Source: Eledone cirrhosa
Lineage: Eukaryota
Length of the DNA: 64,000 bases
Direction: 5' to 3'
Assembly (NCBI GenBank): GCA_964016885.1
Contig: OZ024756.1
Span: forward strand, 38,068,001-38,132,000
Part shown: positions 31,887 to 47,324 of the stretch, in pieces
Numbering within the stretch: position 1 is the first letter of the stretch
How the letters are laid out: each line of letters starts with the position of its first letter
Program-made: the position numbers and the translations under genes
Notes under the pieces: model-generated
Seen by the model: only the letters and a program-made list of their open reading frames with translations
What the model was told of the DNA's origin: nothing
Databases searched by the model: none

Positions 31887-31954
31887 CAAATAATGATAAT
31901 AATATAAGTTAAGAAACATTTGAAAGTTAATGATTATATCTAAAGGTTAAGGTG

Positions 31955-33220
31955 ATGGTTAGTGTGGTGGTTAGTGTGGTGGTTAGTGTGGTGGTTAGTG
32001 TGGTGGTTAGTGTGGTGGTTAGTGTGGTGGTTAGTGTGGTGGTTAGTGTGGTGGTTAGTGTGGTGGTTAGTGTGGTGGTTAGTGTGATGGTTAGTGTGGT
32101 GGTTAGTGTGGTGGTTAGTGTGGTGGTTAGTGTGGTGGTTAGTGTGGTGGTTAGTGTGGTGGTTAGTGTGGTGGTTAGTGTGGTGGTTAGTGTGGTGGTT
32201 AGTGTGGTGGTTAGTGTGATGGTTAGTGTGGTGGTTAGTGTGGTGGTTAGTGTGGTGGTTAGTGTGGTGGTTAGTGTGGTGGTTAGTGTGGTGGTTAGTG
32301 TGGTGGTTAGTGTGGTGGTTAGTGTGGTGGTTAGTGTGGTGGTTAGTGTGGTGGTTAGTGTGGTGGTTAGTGTGGTGGTTAGTGTGGTGGTTAGTGTGGT
32401 GGTTAGTGTGGTGGTTAGTGTGGTGGTTAGTGTGATGGTTAGTGTGGTGGTTAGTGTGGTGGTTAGTGTGGTGGTTAGTGTGGTGGTTAGTGTGGTGGTT
32501 AGTGTGATGGTTAGTATAATGGTTAGTGTGGTGGTTAGTGTGGTGGTTAGTGTGGTGGTTAGTGTGATGGTTAGTATAATGGTTAGTGTGGTGGTTAGTG
32601 TGGTGGTTAGTGTGGTGGTTAGTGTGGTGGTTAGTGTGGTGGTTAGTGTGGTGGTTAGTGTGGTGGTTAGTATAATGGTTAGTGTGGTGGTTAGTGTGAT
32701 GGTTAGTATAATGGTTAGTGTGGTGGTTAGTGTGATGGTTAGTATAATGGTTAGTGTGGTGGTTAGTGTGGTGGTTAGTGTGGTGGTTAGTGTGATGGTT
32801 AGTATAATGGTTAGTGTGGTGGTTAGTATGGTGGTTAGTGTGGTGGTTAGTGTGGTGGTTAGTGTGGTGGTTATTGTGATGGTTAGTGTGGTGGTTAGTG
32901 TGGTGGTTAGTGTGGTGGTTAGTAAGATGGTTAGTGTGATGGTTAGTGTGGTGGTTAGTGTGATGGTTAGTGTGAAGGTTAGTATAATGGTTAGTGTGGT
33001 GGTTAGTGTGATGGTTAGTGTAATGGTTAGTGTGATGGTTAGTGTGATGGTTAGTATAATGGTTAGTGTGGTGGTTAGTGTGATGGTTAGTGTAATGGTT
33101 AGTGTGATGGTTAGTGTGATGGTTAGTATAATGGTTAGTGTGATGGTTAGTGTGGTGATTAGTGTGAAGGTGAGTATGATGGTTAGTGTGAAGGTTAGTG
33201 TGATGGTTATAATGGTTAGT
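31955..33220. repeat. 12-bp satellite (GGTTAGTGTGGT)n, about 100 copies
   Basis: Direct inspection; variants accumulate rightwards. Confidence 0.95.
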
Positions 33221-34290
33221 GTGATGATGGTAGTGGTGATAATGATGGTGATGCTGATGCTGATGGCAGTGGTAGCGATGATGGTGATGGTAGTGGTGAT
33301 GGTGATGGTGATGATTGTAATGGTGATGATGATTGTAGTGGTGATGGTGATGGTAGTGGTGATGGTGATGATGATGATGGTGATGGTGATGCTGACAGTG
33401 ATGATGGTGATGATGATGGTGATAATGGTAGTTGCGCTGATGCTGGTGGTGCTGCTAGTGATAGTGGTAGCATAAAATAGGGTTCGCTTAAGGTGGAGAG
33501 CACTATTGCTCCTGCTGCTGCTGCTACTGCTGTTACTACTGCTACTACTACTACTACTACTACCGTCACTACTACTACTACCACCACCACCACCACCACC
33601 ACCACCACCACTACTACTACTACTACTACTGCTGCTGCTCTGCTGCTCTGCTGCTGCTGCTACCATAATGGGAACCACGACGACAATGAAGGTGGCGGTG
33701 ATGACGATGATGTTGATGGTGATGGTGATGATGATGACGGCGAACCCTGCTGGAAATGCTGCAGTTGCGTCAGCAGGCAAATACAACCCTGCCGCCTCCA
33801 CCACCACTACCACCACCACTACCCTCGCCGTCGCCGCCACCACCACCACCACCACCACCGCCACCGCCACCAACAACCACCGCCGCCACCACCACCACCA
33901 CCACTACACTCGCCTCCACCACCACCACCACCACCACTACCCTCGCCGCCGTCGCCGCCACCACCACCACCACCACCACCACCACCACCACCACTACCAC
34001 CACCAATATCCTCGACACCACCACCACCACCACCGCCACCGCCACCGCCACCAACAACCACCGCCACCACCACCACCACCACCACCACTACCACCGCCAC
34101 CACCACCACCACCACCACCACCACCACCACTGCCACCACCACCACCACCACCACCGCCACCACCACCACAACCACCACCACCACCACCACCACCACCACC
34201 ACCACCACCACCACCACTGCCACCGCCACCACCACCACCACCGCCACCACCACCACCACCGTCACCACCACCACCCCCGCCACCGCCACC
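33220..34290. repeat. Mixed trinucleotide tracts (GAT/GGT, ACT, GCT, ACC)
   Basis: Direct inspection. Confidence 0.9.
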
Positions 34291-34549
34291 AACCACCATT
34301 CACAGCTGCTGCTGCTGCTTCTGTGCATGAATCTGTTAAGCAGGTCTGTTAATGAACGTCAGATGGCAGCCAGCATGTGCAGCGTTGCATGTGCAGCGTT
34401 GCATGTGCAGCGTTGCATGCTTGTTGTAACAGGGAGCTCTGAGGGACAACACTAAATAACTTGCAGAAATTCTTCAAATATCAAAATATAGTGCAATTTC
34501 TTCTTCTCCTACAACATATATATACATACATACATACATATATATATAC

Positions 34550-34583
<34 letters not shown>

Positions 34584-34599
34584 ATATATACATACATAC

Positions 34600-34644
<45 letters not shown>

Positions 34645-34674
34645 CATACATACATACATACATACATACATACA

Positions 34675-34706
<32 letters not shown>

Positions 34707-34781
34707 CATATATATACATATATATATATATATATGTTAAAACAAAAAAAAACACTACAAAGTGTTAGTATTAGGTTCACG

Positions 34782-34838
<57 letters not shown>

Positions 34839-34854
34839 TATATATATATATATA

Positions 34855-34920
<66 letters not shown>

Positions 34921-35551
34921 TATATATATACATATATGTGTGTGTGTGTATGTGTGTATGTATCGGAACAACACAAAAGGAACCAACAAAAAAAAAAAAT
35001 GAAACAGAATATAACCCCCACTGAAGAAGAAGTCAATATCAAAAAGGGAGAGAACTTGCTATATATAATGTTTAAGGTGATGTCCCAGCATGGCCGTAGT
35101 CTAATGACTAAAACGAGTAAAAAGGGTCATTCCTTGTCAATCCGTTATCTACCGCCGCCGCCACCACCATCATCAACACCAGTACCACCACCATCATCAC
35201 CATCAACACCACCATCAACACCACTTCGTTCATCCCTCCTCATCAATTCATCCATCCTTCCATCCATCGATACCATTGATTGATTGATTGATACAGCGGT
35301 AATCATCGATTATTAGTCGGGAGTGAGCGATTGATATAAAAAAAAAACAAAAAAAAAATTATAAAAAAAAAAAAAACAGTCGATAGAATTCGTCAACCGA
35401 TCAAAAGTATTTATTGCTCCGATCGATATTATTTCATCCATCAACGACCAATCCATGACTTCGATCATCATTCTTTTACACAACATACTCACCAATTTAT
35501 CACCCAACATCCTTGTGTGTAAGTACGTATGTATGAAAGTATGTATATAAA

Positions 35552-35589
<38 letters not shown>

Positions 35590-35766
35590 CACACACACAC
35601 ACACATATATATATATATGTACGATGTGTATTGGTACATGTATGTCTATGTAGTTATATGTATATATATGCATATATATATATATATATATATATATGCA
35701 TATATATATATGTATGTATGTATATATATATGTATGTATGTATATATATATATATATATGTATGTG

Positions 35767-35869
<103 letters not shown>

Positions 35870-35954
35870 TTATTTATGTATATATATATGAACACATCTG
35901 AACATTTAGTAAGGCGATGCATACGATAAGCGGAGACACTCATAAACACATACT

Positions 35955-35985
<31 letters not shown>

Positions 35986-36069
35986 GAAACGTACCTTCAC
36001 ACACAAACACATGCCTACGTACACACACACATACACACAGCTACACACACCTACACATACTCATGCAAA

Positions 36070-37465
36070 CATGCAGACATATAAACGTGCAGAGACACAC
36101 ATATATACGTGTGTAAAGATACGAACACATGTACATACACATATATACACACATACACACACACAAACCCACACCCACACACGGACACATATAAATGTGC
36201 ACAAAGAGATATATATATATACGTGTGTAAAGACACGAACACGTGTACACACACACACATATATACGTGTGTAAAGATACGAACACATGTACACACACAC
36301 ACACACATATATATACGTGTGTAAAAACACGAACACATGTACAGACACACACATATATACGTGTGTAAAGATACGAACACATGTACATACACACACATAT
36401 ATACGTGTGTAAAGATACGAACACATGTACATACACACACATAGATACGTGTGTAAAGATACGAACACATGTACACACACACATATATACGTGTGTAAAG
36501 ACACGAACACATGTACACACACACACACATATATACGTGCGTAAAAACACGAACACATGTACAGACACACACATATATACGTGTGTAAAGATACGAACAC
36601 ATGTACATACACACACATACATACGTGTGTAAAGATACGAACACATGTACATACACACACACATATATATACACATATACACACATTCACACACACGGAG
36701 ACATATAAACGTGCACAGGCACACACATATATACGTGTGTAAAGACACAAACACGTGTACACACACACACATATATATACACATATACACACAGATTCAC
36801 ACACACACACGGAGACATATAAACGTGCACAGACATACACATATATACGTGTGTAAAGACACGAACACGTGTACACACACACACATATATATACACAAAT
36901 ACACACATTTTCACACACACACACGGAGACATACAAACGTGCACAGGTACACACAAACACGTGTACACACACACAGACACATATATATACACATATACAC
37001 ACACATTTTCACACACACAGACGGAGACATATAAACGTGCACAGACACACACATATATACGTGTGTAAAGACACGAACACATGTACACATACACACACAT
37101 ATATATATATACACATATACACACAGATTCACACACACACGGAGACATATAAACGTGCACAGACACACACATATATACGTGTGTAAAGACACGAACACAT
37201 GTGCACATACACACACATATATATATATACACATATACACACAGATTCACACACACACGGAGACATATAAACGTGCACAGACACACACATATATACGTGT
37301 GTAAAGACACGAACACGTGTACACGCACACACACACATATATACACATATACACACACATTTTCACACACACACACGGAGACATATAAACGTGCACAGAC
37401 ACACACACATATACGTGTGTAAAGACACAAACACATGTACACACACACACAGATATATATACACA
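36070..37465. repeat. CA-rich minisatellite with atatacgtgtgtaaagatacgaacacatgtac and cggagacatataaacgtgcacag modules
   Basis: Direct inspection. Confidence 0.9.
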
Positions 37466-37834
37466 TATGCAGCAATGTATGTATATTCATAGAGACGTCC
37501 ACCGTGCATTACAATACTACTACACGTGTTATATATATATGTGTTATATACTACTGCAGAGGATGTGTGTAAGTATATATATATATGTTGTATATATATG
37601 TTGTATATTTTGTATAAATATGTTGTATATATATGTTGTATATGTTCTATATATAAATATGTTGTATAGATATGTTGTATATGTTCTATATATAAATATG
37701 TTGTATATATATGTTGTATATGTTCTATATATATATATATGTTGTATATATATGTTGTATATGTTCTATATATATATATGTTGTATATATATGTTGTATA
37801 TGTTCTATATATATATATATATATGTTGTATATG

Positions 37835-37887
<53 letters not shown>

Positions 37888-38076
37888 ATTAAATAAATGG
37901 AAACTATATATATATATATCAAGACCATGCAATTCAAACTAAGTCGCATTCCTCATACAAAGAAATAACTGTTTTTTTTTTTACATAATATCTATTAACA
38001 ATGATAATGCTGAAGCGTTATACAAACAGTTGAAAGAATGTGTGCGTGCGTATATATATGTATATATATATATGGA

Positions 38077-38112
<36 letters not shown>

Positions 38113-38225
38113 TGTATGTATGTATGTATGTATGTATGTATGTATGTATGTATGTATGCATGTATGTATGCATATATACATGTATATATACATATTTATG
38201 TGTATATATATATGTATATATATGC

Positions 38226-38256
<31 letters not shown>

Positions 38257-38958
38257 TGTATGTATGTATGTATGTATGTATGTATGTATGCAAATATACA
38301 TGTATATATACATATTTATGTGTATATATATATATGTATATATATATATTGTTATACTTTTGGAGGGTCATGTTGCCAATATGTATATATATATGTGTAT
38401 GTATTTATGTACATATGTGTATCTGTACATATATATGCGTGTATATATGTGTGTATATATGTTTCATATGTATATATGTATGTATGTGTATATATATATG
38501 TGTATGTATTTATGTACATATGTATATCTGTACATATATATGCGCGTATATATGTGTGTATATATGTATCATATGTATATATGTATGTATGTACATATGT
38601 ATATATATATGTATACATGTGTGTGTGTATGTATTTATGTACATATGTATATCTGTACATATATATGCGTGTATATATGTGTGTATATATGTTTCATATG
38701 TATGTATGTATGTATGTATGTACATATGTATATATATATGTGTATGTATTTATGTACATATGTATATCTGTACGTATATATGCGTGTATATATGTGTGTA
38801 TATATGTATCATATGTATATATGTATGTATGTATGTACATATGTATATATATATATATGTATACATGTGTATATATGTATACATATATATATGTGTGTGT
38901 GTGTGCGTGTGTGTATGTAAGTGTATATACATATCTATGTATATATGTGTGTATTTAA

Positions 38959-39022
<64 letters not shown>

Positions 39023-39070
39023 TTTGCAGACATAAATGTTGTACGTTCAAGTACAGTACACTTATAATAT

Positions 39071-39140
<70 letters not shown>

Positions 39141-39518
39141 ACATATGTGAGTATGTGTGTGTGAGAGTGGGATTATATCATACATCTGTACGTCAAGGTG
39201 TGTATTTGACTGTCGTATGAACTATTAACAGACCTTAGAGTGCATGTGTGTGTGTATGTGTGTATGTGTGTGTGTTGTGTATGTATGTGTGTATGTGTGT
39301 GTGTGTGTGTTGTGTGTGTGTGTGTGTGTGTACGGTTGCGTGTGTTTACATAAAGCTGAGTGTATATATCCAATTAGAAGCTGCTGCTGATGTTGCATGA
39401 AACGGGAAACTCTGAGTTTCCCGTTTTTCGTTGTTCAAAGACAGTTGAATCAATAATCAATAATCTATTGTTTGAACTATTGGGAACATGCCTCAAGAAT
39501 CTTCAATATAATAATAAT

Positions 39519-39705
39519 AATTGTTTCTACTTTTGGCACAAGGCCAGCAATTATCCCAGTGTATTACTGGTACTTTATTTTATCGACCCCGTAAGGGTGA
39601 AAGGCAAAGTTAACCTCGGTGGGATTTGAACTAATGGGGGTGGGGGAGAGAGGGGGAAATCGATTAAATCGACCCCAGTGTCTTACTGGTACTTTAGTTT
39701 ATCGA
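39519..39705 (-). mobile_element. SINE family 1 fragments
   Basis: Family consensus match. Confidence 0.8.
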
Positions 39706-39732
39706 CACACAGAAACATATGTGTGTGTATAG

Positions 39733-39790
<58 letters not shown>

Positions 39791-39791
<1 letters not shown>

Positions 39792-39945
39792 GGTTCCCGA
39801 GTGGTGTTGGCGGGTAACCTCAGTTAAAAAAGGTTTATGTGGATTATATACATCTTTATTATAAATAGAAATGACTCCTACAGGTCTAGAACTGTTTCAT
39901 TCGTACGAAATCATCAGGAATTAAATCATCTAGTCCCCTAGAGGG
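39791..39945 (-). mobile_element. Type A-related element; HHR at 39876-39920
   Basis: Minus strand ttc-CTGATGA-t-ttc(gtac)gaa-t-GAA-ACAG(ttctagac)CTGT-A/gga; divergent flank. Confidence 0.75.
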
Positions 39946-40007
39946 CATATATACATACATACATACATACATACATACATACATACATACATACATACAT
40001 ACATACA

Positions 40008-40431
<424 letters not shown>

Positions 40432-40627
40432 TATATAATACTCTGTTGTATTCATAATTAATTGAAGAACACGGTTTGTACTTTAAACATACAATTTCCG
40501 TTTTCCTCAATACTACATGTTCCCACGAACATGTGGGGGGGGGGGGAGTATTCGTGTGGATTATAATGTAAGCTAGCCTGCATACAAGTATTTTCTTTAA
40601 ACGTGTTATTGACATGAGCTATATATA

Positions 40628-40696
<69 letters not shown>

Positions 40697-40898
40697 GAAA
40701 ATAAAATTAATTGTTTCTCCTTTTGGCACAAGGCCAGCAATGAAAATAAAATATTTAATGTAAGATGAGGGAAAAAAAGTAATACAATCTTAATTCAAAA
40801 CAAATCAAGATATATATATGTATATATATGTATATATATATATGTGTGTGTGTGTGTATATATATGTGTGTATATGTATATATGTGTGTATGTATGAT

Positions 40899-41013
40899 GT
40901 TCAAATCCCGCCGAAGTTAACTTTGCCTTTCATTCTTACGGGGTCGATAAAATAAAGTACCAGTAATACACTGGTATAATCGCTGGCCTTGTGCCAAAAG
41001 TAGAAACAATTAT
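40899..41013 (+). mobile_element. SINE family 1, 3' part
   Basis: Family consensus match. Confidence 0.85.
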
Positions 41014-41036
41014 TATATATATAATATGTATGTATG

Positions 41037-41074
<38 letters not shown>

Positions 41075-41234
41075 TATATGTGTGTATATATATATATCCA
41101 GGGAGTGTAACGGGAAGTTATGTAGGTTCAATAAACCTAATGAAGGCTTAACAAATCGTTGTATTATTATATTATATATAAATGTATATATATATATATA
41201 TACATGTACGCATATATATATATATGTATGTCTG

Positions 41235-41294
<60 letters not shown>

Positions 41295-42246
41295 TGTGTG
41301 TGTGTGTGTCTGTGTGTGTGTGTAGTTCAGAGAAATGCAAAAATTCAGGCTTATACATATAGGGGGAGAAATAGATAGATAAATAGATAGATAGACACAC
41401 ATACACACACACAGACAGACACACACAGACAGACACACACACACATATATATACACACACACGTATATATATATACACACACGTATATATAGAGAGAGAT
41501 CGATATGCCACTTATACAATCTATTTAGGCATACATTTCCTCTCAGTTATTCATAACCATATTCATGCATGAAATTTTGTGTACGTGTATGTATGTGTAT
41601 GTGTACGTGTGTGTGTGTGTATGTGTGTGTATGTATGTGTGTGTATGTGTATATGTGTGCGTGTATGTGGGTGTATGTGTGTGTGCGTATGTGTATGTGT
41701 GTATGTGTATGTGTACGTGTATGTGTGTGTATGTGTGTGTATGTGTGTATGTGTGTATGTGTATGTGTACGTGTATGTGTGTGTATATGTGTGCATGTGT
41801 GTGTATGTGTATGTATGTGTATGTGTACGTGTATGTGTGTGTATGTGTGTGTGTATGTGTGTATGTGCGTGTGCGTGTATGTGTGTGTATGTGTATGTGT
41901 ATCTGTATGTGTGTGTGTGTGTGTGTTTGTGTGTGTGTGTATGTGTGTGTGTGTATGTGTGTGTGTGTATGTGTATGTGCATTGTCGGCTGCAGGAGTGC
42001 ATGCTCTCACACAGCAAGCGCGATGTTACATTAATGACGCATGCCGCATGCGTTGTATTCTTGAAATATTTCTGTTTGGCGGCCATGTGTGGGGGTGGAA
42101 CTTTAGCGATAAACTGTTTGTGTCCTGGTTTCGATACACGTGTAGAGACGTTTCACTTGCTACGCCTTTAATGCCGTCCCCAGGAGAATTATTTGTGGCG
42201 TTAACATAGATAAAAATGCTGAATACGTAGCAACTACACTTGTTCT

Positions 42247-42293
<47 letters not shown>

Positions 42294-42465
42294 TGTGTGT
42301 ATGTATGTATGTATGCGTGTGTGTATGTATGGATTTATGTATGTATGTATACATGTATGTATGTATGTATGTGTGTATGTGTGTATATATGTATGTGTGT
42401 GTGTGTGTGTGTATATATGTATGTGTGTGTGTATGTATGTATGTATGTGTGTATGTGTGTGCATG

Positions 42466-42498
<33 letters not shown>

Positions 42499-43287
42499 GT
42501 GTATGTGTGTGTGTATGTATGTATATGTGTATGTGTGTGCATATGTATGTATGCATGTATATATGTATGTATGGATGGATGGATGGATGGATGTATGTAC
42601 GTAGGTATGTAGGTATGTATATATGTGTGTATGTATGTGTGTGTGTGTGTATGTATGTATACATGTATATATGTACGTATGTATGATGCATGCATTTATA
42701 TATGTATGTATGTATGTATGTAAGTATGTATCTATGTATGTATATATGATGGGTGTACGTATGTATGATGCATGCATTACGTATATATGTATGTATGTAT
42801 GATGGATGGAAGAATGTATGTATGTATGTAAGGATATATGTATGCGTGTATGATGTATCTATGAATGTATGTATGTATTATGTATGTATGTGTGTGTCTG
42901 TGTATATATTATCTATGTTTGTATCATGTATGTATGTATGTGTGCGTCTATGCACTTTTATATATGTATGTATGTGTGTATGTATACAGGCATACACAAA
43001 TAACCATATGTATGCATATATGTGTATATTATCTCTCTCTATATATATATATATAAATATATAGAGAGAGAGAGATAGAGAGAGAGAGAGACATATATAT
43101 ATGTATGTATTATCTAACACTATATACATACATATATACATACATACATGTATTATGTATGTATGTTGAGTCGATCAATATGGATATATCTGTATGTATG
43201 TAAATATTTGTATATATATATATGTATATATATGTATACATGTGTATGTGATTATATATATATATATATATATACATACACACACAT

Positions 43288-43357
<70 letters not shown>

Positions 43358-43414
43358 AAAAAAGATGAAATCGAAAATGCAACTGGAGTCTTTTTTAAAA
43401 TATTTATTTGTTTC

Positions 43415-43450
43415 CTTTACCGGTTTCACAGTTCTTGTGCTTTTCAAAAG
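43415..43450 (-). ncRNA. Minimal hammerhead-like motif with a U3-A8 core (type E)
   Basis: Minus strand ctt-TTGAAAA-gcacaagaactgt-GAA-ACCGGT-A/aag. Confidence 0.5.
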
Positions 43451-43529
43451 TAGAGTTGAGATGGAGGGTCTGTGGTTTTTCTCGCAGCTATATATATGTA
43501 TATCTATGTATGTATGCATATATATATAT

Positions 43530-43935
43530 GGGAGAGATGACCCCTTAGCCTTTGTCAAGGCAGAATTCTAGAAGAAGGAAAACTCTGATATAACACCTGC
43601 AACCCTGATGGTATCCAATGATGTTGACTTGTTCTTCTTTTTGGTAAATATCATCTTGGTTAAGAGAGTGGGACTGGCTTTGTGCAGTGCCTTTGCTCAC
43701 TATAAAAGCTTCACGGCACAGGTATTGCTTTATATCTGGAGATCTCTCTGCATTTGTCACCACAGGGTACAATGGGCCCAGCACTATGTGTCAGTAATTG
43801 GCACAGGTGTAGTGTTTGTACCAGAGTTTTCAAGTCGCTGGCTGGACTAAAAAGTCACAGTCGTTCAGCGCATCGGTAGGGGTTCTCCTACATGGATATA
43901 AAGTAGTGGCCGTACTCGAAAACGAGTTGGCAGCC
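43530..43935 (+). mobile_element. Probable RTE-type LINE 5' UTR fragment in (TA)n
   Basis: ctagaagaaggaaaactctga motif; homologous to 18563-18850 on the opposite strand. Confidence 0.45.
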
Positions 43936-43936
43936 A

Positions 43937-44048
<112 letters not shown>

Positions 44049-44126
44049 AAAATGGAACGGGAACAAAACAGAGGCAGTACAAACAAAGGTTTATTAGTTT
44101 CACGCTCTTGAGAGTGCGGGGTTAGG

Positions 44127-44164
<38 letters not shown>

Positions 44165-44560
44165 TGCATATTCTGTGTTGTATATATATTCATATATTTA
44201 CACGTAATTATACATGCATGTAGTGGGAAATCTCTTGCAGGATTCCTACTATAGCAGTGTGCATGTGTGATTGAGTGAGCCCTCGTGTGAGTGGTGGGGT
44301 GCATGTGTATGTGTGCATGTCCCTCTCTCCCCGCCCCCTCATCTGTCTCTCTCTCTCACTTTCCCCCTGTATAGATATATGTATGTGTGTATGTCTATAT
44401 GCGTGTATGTGTCTATGTATGTATGTATGTATGTATGTATGTATGTGTGTGTGTGAGTATGTATGTATGTATGTATGTATATTTTTTTAGGCTTCCAGAA
44501 ATTAGATTTCAATGTTAAATACTTAATCTCAATCCGCCTGCGTTTGTCTGTGTAGGATGT

Positions 44561-44638
<78 letters not shown>

Positions 44639-44650
44639 GGAGGAGGTGTA

Positions 44651-45714
44651 ATAATTGTTTCTACGTTAGGCACAAGGCCAGCAATTACCCAGTGCACCCA
44701 GTGCATTACTGGTACTTTATTTTATCGACTCCATAAGTATGAAAGGCGAAGTTAACCTCGGCGGGATTTGAACTCAGACAATAAAGGGACGTAACTATGC
44801 TGGAAAGCATGGCGTCCGACCCTCTACTGATACTGCCAATCCACCACCCTAACATGGCGTCCGACCCTCTACTGATACTGCCAATCCACCACCCTAACAT
44901 GGCGTCCGACCCTCTACTGATACTGCCAATCCACCACCCTAACATGGCGTCCGACCCTCTACCGATACTGCCAATCCACCACCCTAACATGGCGTCCGAC
45001 CCTCTACCGATACTGCCAATCCACCACCCTAACATGGCGTCCGACCCTCTATGCTTGTGTGTTCTGAGTTCTAATCCCACTTACGTCAACTTCGCCTTCC
45101 ATTCTTTGAAGGTCATTATATACCGGTGGATTGGCAGTATCAGTAGAGGGTCGGGCGCCATGTTAGGGTGGTGGATTGGCAGTATCAGTAGAGGGTCGGA
45201 CGCCATGTTAGGGTGGTGGATTGGCAGTATCAGTAGAGGGTCGGGCGCCATGTTAGGGTGGTGGATTGGCAGTATCAGTAGAGGGTCGGGCGCCATGTTA
45301 GGGTGGTGGATTGGCAGTATCAGTAGAGGGTCGGACGCCATGTTAGGGTGGTGGATTGGCAGTATCAGTAGAGGGTCGGACGCCATGTTAGGGTGGTGGA
45401 TTGGCAGTATCAGTAGAGGGTCGGACGCCATGTTAGGGTGGTGGATTGGCAGTATCGGTAGAGGGTCGGACACCATGTTAGGGTGGTGGATTGGCAGTAT
45501 CGGTAGAGGGTCGGACACCATGTTAGGGTGGTGGATTGGCAGTATCGGTAGAGGGTCGGACACCATGCTTTCCAGCATAGTTACGTCCCTTTCCGATCTG
45601 AGTTCAAATCCCGCCGAGGTTGACTTTGCCTTTCATCCTTACGGGGTCGATAAAATAAAGTACCAGTAATGCACTGGATAATTGCTGGCCTTGTGCCAAA
45701 AGTAGAAACAATTA
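44651..45714. mobile_element. Divergent pair of SINE family 1 copies, each with a tandemly amplified 45-bp head
   Basis: Left (-) 44651-45050 with ~5.4 units; right (+) 45124-45714 with ~10 units of ttagggtggtggattggcagtatcagtagagggtcggacgccatg. Confidence 0.9.
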
Positions 45715-45833
45715 TATATATTACTAGTTCAATACTGAGGTCGATTCCTTCTCCCACCCCCCTCTCTCTCTCTCTCTGTCTGTCTGTCTGTTTCTGACTC
45801 TCTTTCCATGTCTGTCTCTCTCTGTCTCTCTCT

Positions 45834-45868
<35 letters not shown>

Positions 45869-46660
45869 CATGTCTGTTTCTCTCTGACTCTCTCTCTTTC
45901 TCTCTCTCCATGTCTCTCTCTCTCTCTGTCTCTCTCTCTCTCTCTGTCTCCCCCCTCTCTCTATCTTGAAGAAACTGGTTGTATTCAAACATGGAAAGTG
46001 ATGAGTTCTGTTGCCAAGTTTACATTCTCAATAAATGTATTGATAGCGCCCCTACAACTCTACTAGGAGTTTAAGGAACATGCATGTATGTATGTATGTA
46101 TAGATGTGTGTTTGTGTAAGTGTGTGTGTGTGTGTGTGTGTTGTGTGTGTTGTGTGTGTGTATTTTGAGTCATTAACTGAAGAAATAGAAATGGTGAAAC
46201 TAATGGTAGTAATGTTACGGACGGATAACCCAGCTATTACATAGTATACATATACATGTATACTATGTATATATATCTATATATATATATACTATGTATA
46301 TATATATCTATATATCTATATATATACTATATATAGTATATATATATATAGTATATATATATATATATTGTATATATATATAGTTTATATATATATATAT
46401 AGTATATATATATAGTTTATATATATAAATATATATATATAGTATATATATATAGTTTATATATATAAATATATATATATAGTATATATATATATATATA
46501 TAGTAATGAGTTTATAGTTTATATATATATATAGTATATATATACATTTATATATAGTTTATATATATATAGATTTTATATATATACATTTATATATATA
46601 TATAGTTTATATATATATATATATAGATTTTATATATATATATAGTATATATATATATAT

Positions 46661-46879
46661 AAAGGAACGATCGACTTTCGTCAAATCGGACCGAGGGAAC
46701 AATGTTTCCGTTGGTCTTTCCAATTGCTAATACTATCTATCGGTCGCAACTCCAGGTAGAAGGAGCGACGTGAAATAAAGTGTCTTGCTCAAGGACATAA
46801 CGCATCGCCTGGTCCAGGAATCGAACTCACAACCTTACGATTGCGAATCCAATTCTCTAACCACTCAGCCACACGCCTT

Positions 46880-46882
<3 letters not shown>
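46661..46882 (-). mobile_element. SINE family 2, full length, inside (TA)n
   Basis: Near-identical to 26563-26787. Confidence 0.9.
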
Positions 46883-46933
<51 letters not shown>

Positions 46934-46957
46934 TATATATATATATATATATATATA

Positions 46958-47166
<209 letters not shown>

Positions 47167-47324
47167 TTCAACGTATTATTATTGTATTAATATTATACAA
47201 CTTTATCCCCCGATAGAGAAAGATGAAAAAGAAATTCACGAAACGTAAGCATAAGCATAAATAATGAGATTTCTTATATGGAAATTTGTCCTGCAGATAT
47301 AATAGATACTTAAACAATAATAGA

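Noticed and set aside
31955-33220. Interstitial telomere
   Set aside because: Contains GGTTAG, but the unit is a 12-mer, not (TTAGGG)n
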